NCBI RefSeq assembly: GCF_018977255.1 | Contig: NW_024704763.1 | Span: forward strand, 5,642,001 to 5,706,000 | Source: Callorhinchus milii | Lineage: Eukaryota | Reading direction: 5' to 3' | Length of the DNA: 64,000 nt | Shown: positions 42,101-54,100 of the stretch, piece after piece | How the letters are laid out: each line of letters starts with the position of its first letter | Position numbering within the stretch: the first letter of the stretch is position 1 | Program-made: the position numbers and the translations under genes | Notes under the pieces: generated by a model | Databases searched by the model: none | Told to the model about the DNA's origin: nothing | What the model saw: only the letters and a program-made list of their open reading frames with translations

Positions 42101-45100
42101 TCCACTTGTTCTTGGAAAATGCAGACAGTGTATGAATCAGTGAGTGAGGAAGGCTTGGCTTCTATGCAGAAGCTCTTGTGTGGTCTTGTTTGAGGCTGAG
42201 AACCAACTGATTCAGTTCAAGCTAGTGTCAGTGGAGAAGGGACTGATCCTACAGAGCTGGACTACAGTTTACCAGTCAATTTGGTTATAGAGCCAATGGA
42301 CAAAGTGCTTGTCCTCACTGTATATCAGATGAATGCATTGTATTTCAATCCTTAAACCTTGACTGAAACTAATCTCAGGTATAAGAGCTGTTTCATACTC
42401 AACAACTGACATTATTTGCAGCAAACTGCTTACACACATAGTTGGGCCTAAAACAGAGACTTCAGATGGGATTTCTTAGTGGGGATTCATTCTGGTAGTA
42501 CATTGTACTCCAAAAGTGGATTCAACCAGATTGTCCTGGGGCTGGGTCTGCGTGATATACTTCAGGTTTACCAGAAGGGAAGCACTTTTTGACCCCGAAT
42601 CCCATTTAAAATAGCTGTGCTTTAGACCCCAGTTTAGGAGTAATCACTTACCATATTTTGTGTGTGGACATCTAAAATGTTTCATATATTTCTTGATTAG
42701 TTAAGAATTCTATAATGATACTTTTATAGCTATAAACACAAATACAACTTGGTTTATTGTAGCAAATGTTTGTAATACAATTAAGTGGGTAACGATTTCT
42801 AAAATTTGCACAACAGATTTCATAGATAAGCAATTCAAAGATGGACTTAGAAGTGCCTAAAGGTCTCAAGATCTGGGGGAGTGCCAAGGGAGATTGGCAG
42901 AGGGGCAAACGGGAAACGTTTATGAAAAGTAGTTTACTTCAAGAAACAAGCCCTCATGAAAGTATTCATGAGTGATAAATGAGCTTTCCATATTTTGTGG
43001 CAAATTGTTATGATCTCCGACCAAATAAGACCAACATGTGCGCTGATGCAGTCTGCATGCAAGTCGTGCATGATTAATACGCCTCAAGCCTGTGTCAAAT
43101 CCCCTTATGAATTTGACCATTGCATTGAGTATGCAGTGAGAATATTATTGTTAGACTTTGTAGCGGCACAGAAATTGGCAAATGAATGGTGCATTTTTTT
43201 TTAGGGATTATTACCCCCAGAAAGAGATCCAGCAATCGACTAACAACCGGGTTCTTACTTATTGCAAGGCAAACAGTATAAAACAAGAACCATAAAGTTG
43301 TTTCAGCTTTATTTCAAACTGTATGAATTCTGGCTTCACTTCGTGGATAGATAAACAGCCCTCTTTCTGGCTGGAGATATATTGCTACCTCCTCACAAGG
43401 CAGCTCACCTGTAACTTTAAACAGCTGCTTTTCCTCCCAGCTGGAATCTCAGCCTCTCCCTTTCACAGAGCAAATTCCACTCAAAACTGAATACCAGCCC
43501 TTTTTTACAGTCAGAGAGAGAGGTATTCCCTTGTGTTATCTCTTTTTACGGGATTGTGGAAATAGTAGAGCAATGTTATTAATACTAGCCTGGTGCAGTT
43601 GGGATGTTTTGAACATGAATACTTGATTGTCTTGATTATTTATTTTTGTTTGTCTTAGAAGCAATTGTCTACACTAGAAACTTAGAATTTGATCTTGGGA
43701 TTATCGGAACGGGAGGCTGTGGCGAGATGGTGAATGAAGTTTGTGGCTGGTACCGTGTGTTGTCTGAACTATGAACAAGTCTCTTCATAATCTAGTGCCC
43801 CATGTCCTACATGGCTTTTCTCTGAACCCTCTTTACTGTTCAATACAACAACAACTTCAACAATAACTTGCACCCTCCACGCAGGGTAGAGTCTCAGAGC
43901 GCTTGACATCACATAATATTGATCACCAGGAAAAGGCAGGGGTCTTAAATTCTTCACCAAGGTGATCTGTGAAGTTCTTGTTATATACAGCAGTGGTGGA
44001 AGAAGCCTGGACACATCGTGGAGGAGATATTAATTAAAAAATGAGCTGTTAGTACAGTACCATGATCTGGAGCACCAGATTAAGCTACACACATTGTGGA
44101 TGTGTGCTCCTTGTACAGTGGTGTCTTGTGATAGCATAGACATGCAGCAGCCAAATGTTTGAAGTGATTTCTCTTGCTCTGTGCACATTTTGCTCTTCTC
44201 AATTACTCTGTATTCTGCTGATGGTTCCTGTCTGCCATGTCTCCTGTATCTTGCAGTTTTCCTGGGGTATCTGATAAAAAGAATATCTCTGCGAACGACA
44301 ACTCTGGCAGCTCTAGCTGTGCTTGTTCACAATTTGACCCCAGGGCTCCCAAGCACAGAGACACTGAGCCCTTGTGGTACTCTAAAATTAGTAATGGAAA
44401 GCTTGTTTTACTTAGTTGAAATTTGGCGACCCATAACTGTATTAGATGAGCAGTGAGCTGGCTGGTACAGTTTGCTTTGAGGCCAAGTCAGGTAGCGCAT
44501 TTGAATCCACGACTGTTTTGGAAAGTTTTATGAATGGACATTGGCCTGCTCTCAGGAGCTGGATTACAGCCCTTGCTTTGTGTCTATACAACTCTGAGCC
44601 TGAGAATCTTGTGATGTCTCCAAAGACCACATGACTGATACTTGCTGTTTTGTCCATTCTGCCCTCAGCACAGTGGAGTGACTTTGGGTTAAACCTCCTT
44701 GTTATGTACAAACCGGCGGGTTTCTGAGCATTTCTGAGCAAACGTATTCTGTCCACTGTTTTATCCCAACATTTTAATACTTAAAATATGTTTTTGGTTA
44801 TAATGACATTTTATTGGTAGTAGGATTGACAATTTATCAGGCTGTTGTGATCAGGTCTAATCTTATCCTGGCCTTGACTCCCTTTTTTAATTTGTAACAG
44901 GATGGCAAGGTGGGTTTCAAATGGGAGTTAGGGCAGCTTAATCTGGTGCTCCAGATCATGGTACTGTATTAACAGCGACATTTTAAAAATACAGAAACAA
45001 AAAAAGTTCCGTCAGAAGGGGCCACTGCAAGATCATTCCTTTTTTTTTAATTAATTCTACTTTCCAGATCTTCCCTGAACAACAACAACAAATTACATTT

Positions 45101-48100
45101 GTGCAGTGCCTTTCACATAGGGAGGACTTCCCAAGGCGCTGGACAGTCAGAAATTTGGACCCGAGCAGGCGATTGGCCTCGGGCTCCGCTGTTGTTAAGG
45201 GCTCTGAGACACCAGCCGGCATGGAAGGCGCTATATAAATGCAAGTTGTTGTTGTTGTTGATGATGGGGGGTTGAGAGCAGTGAGGGAATGGGTAGGAGG
45301 GTGGTCGAAGGTGCGGTCGAGGAGGAGGGTCTTGAATCATGCTTTGAGGGAGCAAGGCAAAGTGACTTTGGGATTGAGGGCAATCCAAATGGTGGGGGCA
45401 GAGAGGCTGAAGGCCTGACCGCGGATATGGGGTGGGCCGGGCAGGGGACGTGGAGCAGGTCAGAGCATGCTGAGCAGACAGGTAGGTATTATTTAATGGT
45501 TCTACTGCTGAGATGCAAGCAAATAAATGCATTTTTAATATGTGATAACTTTCTGTATCTCAGTGTCTGTCAGTGTATCACTGGCTTAGAGAGATAGTGC
45601 CGTAGTGACCGTGACAGAGCCTCTGTGCCGCAGTGCCTTACTTTGGTGCCTGTGCTTTAGTATATCAGTGTTACAGTACATCAGTGCCAATTTGTGTTTT
45701 GTTATCTGTGTCTCAGTATATCAGGTTTGGTGTTCTGGACAGATTTGTTTTCTCTGTTTAGCTGCATGTGCCTCTAATATGTCATTAAATACCACTCATT
45801 AATGGTTAATTATCAGCAGTACACATGAGATAGTGTTCTCAACAGATTGCAATCCTTATAATAGGCACATTTACACAAATCTGTAATATGCAGATTTAGT
45901 ATTTAGTGTTTAATATTGTCCTGTTATGTGCAGCATTTTAATTTTCTGTAAATCTTTCTGTACATTATTTTGACATAAGTTAAACCTAGTGTAATTTTAA
46001 AACTGAAGCTATATTTATTCCCTTGCAAATGAAGTTACTAGTTCCACTTCCAGATGTGCTGTTTCTCTATATCTATGTTTCTTTAGGGCAGAGGGTTCAA
46101 GGATTTTCTGCAAATCCTAAATGCAGTTTAGGGATTTTACTGAAGCAACCAAGGCTTGCTCATTTTTACAGTTCTCAGGTTTGATTTGGAAAATTAACCT
46201 TATTCATTTTTTAATTTTATTTTTGGCAAAAGGACTAGGTTGTGACTGAGGCAGATAAGTTAGTTGCCAGGCATCTGGCTCAAATTACATGCCTGGATTT
46301 TATACTATGAATTAGATGAAAAATAAGTGATAAATCAATGTTGATTCTTTACATCCCTTAGCCTTGGCACTGTGAGCTCCAGTACAATAGCATTGCAGGG
46401 TCATTTGGCTCCTTCCCATTGAGTGGGATTGAGTTTCTGATGTTTTGCTGTGCTTGAAATTGTAACAGTTGCTCAAGCAACAGTGCCAGAATTCAATAAA
46501 TAGTCCCAACTAAGAGTACAGTTGGAATATTTTCTGTTTGATATGTGTTGTTGGCGAGAAGTTGCATAACAGCAGCTGTAATCAGTGGGGTAATGGTGCT
46601 CTTTCACTGCACTACAAGAAGCATTCCTTTCCTATTATTATTTTTTATTAATACTATTACTTTTTATTAATGCTATTAATACTTATTCACTGGTCGATAA
46701 TAACTTGCATTTATACAGCCGCTCCCACATCAAGTGAACATCTTGAAGCGCTCACAAAATGTATCCGATTAGAAATGAAAGTGAATGTCAGATCAGGAAA
46801 CTCTGCAGCCCATCTGTGCCACCAGCATTCCATCCCAAGTCACAGTGTACAGTTATTTGGCTTGTCTCTTCCTCCTGTCTTGAATAGTGGCATCATATTC
46901 ACCACCTTCCAATCTTCTAGAATAATCCCCGAATCCCGTGAATTTTGGAAAATTATAATTAAAGCACCCACAATTTCTTGACTTGCTTTTATTACCCTGG
47001 GAAGGAAACCATTCGGTCCTGGAGATTTCTCTGACTTCAGTCCCACTAATTTATCCATTACAATGCGGTATTAACATTAATGTCTTTCAATTTCTTCCCT
47101 TTACTAACCTTTAGTTTTCCTTGTACCTTTGGTATCAAATCCTTTTCCACTATGAAGACAAAAGCAAAATATTAATTTCAGAATTCCTCCATGTCCTTAT
47201 CCTCTAACTCTTGTCACACCCATCTGTTTTTTAATAAAAAGGTTAAACAGTGATCTGATTGAGATGTTTAAAATAATGTAGAGAATTTGCGAGCTATATT
47301 GTGAACAACTAACTCTTCCTTTGGTAGTGGTATCCAAAACAAGTGGATATAATCTAAATATTAATGATTAGAAGAGAAATTAGAAAACATTACTTCACAT
47401 GTGAGAATGTGGAGTGCATGGCAAATGGGATTAAAAATTTGCAGAACAAGCTCAACGGGTTGAGTGGTCTCCACCTGTTCCGATGTTCCCGCTAATCTCT
47501 GCTCCTTTTATTTAGTTCAAATGTAATGGTCTTCCTTGCTGTATCTGCAGATACTTTATATTACCAAGAGGTATGCAACTCACGATGTGTCTGTATTAGG
47601 ATTTAAAGCTGTCTGTGACCGTAAAGTTAAAAGTATGTCCTGCATTTATTCTATTTCCTTTTCTGTTGCTGATAAAAGACTTTGTTTTTGTTAAAAAAAA
47701 CATGTTGTATATGTTATAGACACAACAGTATAGCTTTTAACAGTATTTGTAAATCTAATATGCATTCCACATTCCATAAAGAGCCAGCATCTGGTCTAAT
47801 ATGAGTTCCCACTAATCTTTTTATCTCAATAAATACCAGCTTGCCCTGTCTTGCTGAGAAAGTTGTAATGAATTTCATATTCAGATACTGCAAGGAAGTT
47901 TATCTAAGTGTCTGTTTATTTCAAAAATGTCTATAACAGTGTTTCCTTGGTAACTGACCTTCTACCTACAAAAAGTCCATCAAATGGTTCTGCTCAAACT
48001 AGCAATGATGTTTTATAGTTTCAGTGATGTTGAATGGATCCAGTGTTTATTCCTTGGACCCCTCTGACAATTTGAAGGCAGGGAGTGAAGGAGCAAGGCA

Positions 48101-51100
48101 AAGGCATTTGGGAGCGAGTGTTCCAAAGAACTGCGGTATAGTGACTGAAGACTAGGCCATCGGGATGCAGGACATAAGCAGTCAGCAGTCGAACTACCAG
48201 CAGTGGGTGTTGGGACATTGCAGCTCAAGATGATGGTGATACCAGCCGAGGTGGGGGTGGTGTTGCAGGCATTGGGGATGGTTCAGCTCAGGGTGGGGTA
48301 GTGCAGAGCAGATTTATTACAGCCTGCAACTGACACCTAAGTGGGAGGTCGCTAAGAGCAAGTGTTTTGCCTCAAGATCATACTTCATACATAAAACCGC
48401 TTATTTCTATTAATCACAGCTTGGGCTGAGTAGTTTCTTTGTGTTTATAAATCTGTAAATGAATGTTCGGTATTTTCATCCCCGTGAAATGTCCACAGGT
48501 TTGGCCACCGGCGCGATGTGTAATCGTGCACGGAGGGATTGCAACTTACTGCCGTGTGCCCTAGGAATGTGGCTTCAAAGTGTTCATGTGAAGAGATTAG
48601 CAGAGAATTATCTAATTATGTTAAAGTAACAAACTGATAGGGAGGATGTATTTCGTAAATTTGCTCCTGAGGAAAATGCTACCTCTCTGCCTGTAAACTA
48701 ATGGTCAACAGGTTTCATAGTTTGAAAGCACATCTAAGTTTAATTGCAAGACTTGAGACTATAAATTCCTTCCTACTCTGGCAGTCGTCCCATAAGGAAC
48801 AATCACTAGCTGGAATGGTGCAAAGAGTTGAAAGAGACCATGTACAGCCCAATCATGACGGAGTTCAGTTTCAGAGGTGACCTTAAAAATGTTGTGGTTT
48901 TGCCCCACCCTCAGAAGTATATTTGTGAAGAAAATCTGTTCTTATCTAAAATACCTCCAGATTACTTAACAAATGAAGTGCAGCAATCAAATGGGTATGG
49001 AGATTTTACACTGGGGTTTGTATGCTGTGAAATTTCCCGTCACTAAATCAGTCTTGTGGTTTTAGTGGTTTCTTTCACCAAATAAATTACAATTTATTTC
49101 CAGCTGATAATAAATAAAGCTATTTCCAAACAATACTAGCCAAACAATTGGCTAGTATTGAATAGTAGATTCTAGTATTCTATGCCTTAATAACCTTACC
49201 TTCATGATTTGCATCTTGGCTTATATTATCGAATGCCACCAGTAACCACTTGCGTATTAAGGGGACAATCAAAATTAGCTTCTGTTGAGCACATAAAACA
49301 TGCTACTTGGATTGGACTATAGAAAACCAGGAACCATGTAGTTTATTCCTTATGAGGCAAAACTAATAATCTCTCAGGAACATTTTCCAATTGGAATAAT
49401 TCTGCAGAAATAAATTAGTTTAAAAAAAGCATTCAGTAAAAGATGCAAATGAATAAAATGAATTACACAAGATTTATGAATTGTTCAGAACACAGATTCA
49501 GAATCTTACAGTTCACAAGATCACAAGATTAGTTTGGATGAAAAAGGCACTGATCTCAACTCTCCCGAATACCCGCCTTTTCAATGTCCTGGCCTCGACC
49601 ACTCTTCCTGGCAACCTATCCCAGATAATTATTATTATAGTACTACACTCTGCCAGTCCTTCTTTCTTGCTACAGTTCTCTCAGCCTCTGCCATTGTTCC
49701 CTATTCAGCTCTTTCTCACTCTGAGTATCTCTCTTTTTGAGTCTTTCTCTAACCCTACACTGTACAAAAGTATATAAACACTTTTGCGTTGTAGCAAAAA
49801 AATATGGTTTGTGTGCATGTATGGAGCAGCATGCTGCCACTTCTTCCTTTAATATCATTTACTTTAATTTTTTCAATAAGCCTTACCAAATGCCTTTTGA
49901 AAATCAGTGTACACAATATCCACTGGATTCCTTCTAACAATACTCTCAGCTATTTCTTCAAAGAAGCCCATTAAATATTGTCAGGCACATTATGCCTTTT
50001 AAAATTCCATGCTGGCTGTTGTTAATTAATCAACGCCTCTCTTAATATATTATTCATTTTATCCCATATTATGGCTTCTAAATGTTTACCACTGCAGATG
50101 TTAGGCAGATTGATCTGCAGTTACTTGTTTTATCCCTTTATTCTTGAACAGAGGTTTATACTTGGCAACCCTGTGATCACCCAGCACTCTTCATATCCAA
50201 GGATATTTGAAAGATTGCGGTCAGAGCTGTTTTCTCCCTGCGCTGTATACAATTGTAATTTTTTGTTCTTACATTCCATTCTATACCATTTCTGGAAAAC
50301 AGACAAGGTACTCATATTGTATCTCCGCCAGTTCTTCATCCTCCACAATTGGTCCTTTCCTTTCTGTAAGTATTCTTTTGGTTTTTATGTGTTTGATTAC
50401 AGGTTAATCCATCTGTAAGCAATGCATAAAACCTGAAACATTAAACACAAAGCCAGTCACTCCCACTATTCAGAATTTCTAATCTAAGAAGAAAGCTTCC
50501 TGTTTTTCTGGTCCTTTGTAACTCTGCACATTGAGGCAGTCACTCCAGTGTGCATTTCACGCTGATGCAGCAAAGCCTAAAATTTCACAGAGTTGTGCAA
50601 AATTCTTAAATAAATTCTTTGCAGTTTTCTTTTTTAAAAAGTCTAGAAAAGCATTGAATATATTGTGTGGCTTCTTCACAGGTCTCCTGATTCATTGCTG
50701 CCCAGTGCTGTACAAGGGCTCTCCTTCACAGACTCACACCTGACAGAGCTGGAAGGGGACACTCTGTGCTTGTACGGCTCGGGTGCTCTCGATTCCCTGG
50801 ATCGGAGCTGGGGGGTGCAGATGGCCGGAGCTGTCACCACAATCTCCTTTACGTTTATAGACTTTGATGAGATTGTCCCAGTGCTATTCCGATTGAGGAT
50901 TAAATTTCCAAATATTATGGTAAGAAAGTCATAATGTTTCATCAATGTATTAATTTTAGGAGAACTGATGCTCGCTCTTTTGTTCGTTCAGACACATACA
51001 TACGCACACACTCTCACACATAGTCTGTACTTGGTGTATCACATACACCAGGCACATATTTAAGATTCCTACCAGGAGCATGAAAAGGGAAGGTAGAAAG

Positions 51101-54100
51101 ATTTCTTTTCTCCCAGAGGATTATTAGGTATCTACGGGGTATTTAAAAAGGAATTAGATAAGCAGATGCAGAGGAAGGTTACTATAGGATACAGGGAAAG
51201 AGTAGAAAATTGGGATTATGTTTCCCGCTGGTTATTTTCATATCCTCTTATACAGTGTCTGTTTTTGTTTCTGCTCTGTATTTCTAATACTATATCCAAT
51301 TTTCTACTGTATTCTGGGATTTGTAATGATGTTTAAGCTCTTTTTAAGCTATATTGTTGATCTAATGCGCTCGCTAATCCATAGCACTCTCGTTATGGAC
51401 CAACCCCTTCTATTGTAATAGGTGGGTATCTTGTTCAACATCTTTGTTTTGGGTGCATACACAAAGGGCAAAAACAGCAGGTGTTTTTTAAACTGCTGAA
51501 AGATGCTTTCTGTCAGGAGTGAGAATCAGCAGGTGAGTTTACAGCAGAACTTTGTGTCAGAAATAAAAATGAATGGTGAAAGCTGACTGGCATTTGAAGC
51601 ATTCAGTCCTGTGTTTCTGAAGAACACGCATGTCTGGGAGTGTGCTGAAGCCTGTCTCTTCCCTCATGGCATTTGATGACTGTGAACTTTGCATCTCACT
51701 GCCTGTTATTCTGGTAGGATTTTGTGGGATCGCTAGAATGTTGGTGGTTTTTCGGAGAGCAATTATTGGTTAGAATTACCCCCCTTGGTGTCCTATTGTC
51801 TGTCTGCTAATCTCCCATCCTGTTTCCATCACAAACTCAGCTGCTAGGAAGCATATGTCAGACCATGTACATGAAACCAACTCTGGCAGCTTCTGTCGGC
51901 CCTGCTCTGAGGTTAAGGTATAACTGCTGCTCGATAATGCATCAATTAGATTGAAATCAGTGTTGTTCCCCCCACCACTCCCTCCGGGCCATCAGGGAGT
52001 TAAATGTCCTACATTATATAGATTATTTAGCACAGTTTTTTTACAAAAAAAATTAATTAATTGGGAATTTTGAATTTTGTCATCTTTTACCTGATTCTGT
52101 ATTTTGCGCATTTCTTGTATTCACAGCATTTTAAGTTCCAACATACGAACATTCAGAAACTGCAGCAGTTCAATGCATTGGCTCAGTTGCGCCGCCTGGA
52201 CATGCTCACTATCAATCCTCAGGGCAATCCCGTTGTGAACTTCAGCCTGTGGAAGTATTACGTTCTCTTTAGGCTAAACCACTTTGGTCTACAAAAAATA
52301 AATGACATTGAGGTAAGCAAGTGAATTAATTCTATGTGAAAGAATAGAATTATTTTTCTTTCCTGTAGGTGCTGTGCCAACCATGGTTCTTAGTGCTTCG
52401 GATATTGAATTTATTTGGCAATGTACCAGATGAGACGTTCTGTGATGCAATACAAAATTACATTTATAAAGCGCCTTTCACGTCGGGAGAATATCCCGAG
52501 GCACTGAACAGTCGGAAGGAGGGGGGGGAGGTGTTGGGATCAGGGAGGGTTGAGGGCAGAGAGGGAAGATGCCTTGAAGGAGGCAAGGGAGAAAGCGAGG
52601 CGAAGGGAATGTGGGATGGAGTTCCAGAGGGTGGGGGCTGAGAGCCTGAAGGCTTGACTGCTGATGGTGAGGCGGGCCGGGCGGGGGACATGGAGCAGGC
52701 TGGAGCCTGCTGAATGGAGTGAGCAAACAGGTTGATAAGGAGTTAGCAGGTCGCAGAGGTAGGAGGGCCTTGAAGATGAGGACGAGGGTTTTGAACTCGA
52801 TCCTCTGAGGAATGGGGAGCCGCTGGAGCAGGGCGAGGGTGGGTGTGATGAGGTCGCAGAGCCTGGTGTGGGAGAGGACACGAGCTGCAGAGTTCTGAAT
52901 GATCTGCAGCTTGTGGAGGGAAGAGTTGGGGAGGCTGACAAGCAGGGAGTTGGCATACTTGAGCCTAGATGTAATGAAGGTATGTATGAGGTATGAGGGT
53001 TTCAGAAGCCTGAGGAGTGAGGATGTAGCGGAGTCAGGCGGTGGTGGGGGAAGGCAGAGATGTGGGAGAGAAAGGACAGTTGAGGGTCGAGCAAGGTTCC
53101 TGACTGGCTCGGTGAGGCGGAGTGTGCATCCGTGGATGCTGATTCTGCCAGTGCCTGAGTTGTGAGGTGCTGGCGCAAGCTAATCAGGAGCGCCTCAGTC
53201 TTGCTGACGTACAACTGTAGAAAGTTGGCTCTCAACCAGGACTTGATGTCTGACAGACACATCAGTGGTCCTGGATTCGAGGCAGAGAGATAGAGTTGGC
53301 TGTCATCCGCATACATGTGGAAGTTGATCCCATGTCTGCAGATGATGTCACCAAGACGGAGCATGCACGGGTTGAAGAGGAGAGGAGGGAGGACAGAGCC
53401 GTGAGGAACACCACACGCGATGGTGTGGGGGCTGGACGAGATGCCGTTTGTAGAGACAAAGTGGAGCCGGTGTGAGAGATAGGATCTGAACCATTCAAGG
53501 ACAGAACCTTGAAGTGAGAAGAGAGGCAATGGAGAAGGATAGAGTGGGCCACAGTGTCGAAGGCAGCAGAGAGGACGAGAAGACAGAGGGAGTCCTGGTC
53601 AGAGATGGACAGAATGTCATTTGTCGATTTCAAGATCCTCATCCTCACCTACAAGGCCATTCATGGCCTCGCTTCCTCCTACCTCTCTGACCTACTATCC
53701 CCCTACCTACCTGCCCATACCCTCCGTTCCTCTGGCTCCAGTCTGCTCCACATCCGCCGCCCCAACCGCCCTACCATCGGTGGCCGGGCCTTCAGCCTCT
53801 CAGCACCGAGCCTTGGAACTCTATCCCCCAGTGCCTTCGCCGCCTCCTCCCTTTCCTCCTTCAAGGCCAGTCTCAAGACCTTTCTCTTTGACCGTGCCTT
53901 CAGCTCCCCTCTCGACTCTCTACCCCCTCCTCGCTCCCTCCCTTCCCTCACCCTGACCATTTCCCCCCTCCTCGCTCCCTCCCTTCCCTCCACTCACCCT
54001 GATCATTTCCCCCCACTCGGGTCCTGACCCAACTGTACAGCGCCTTGGAACGTCCTCCCGATGTGAAAGGCGCTTTATAAATGGAATCTTGTTGTTGTTG

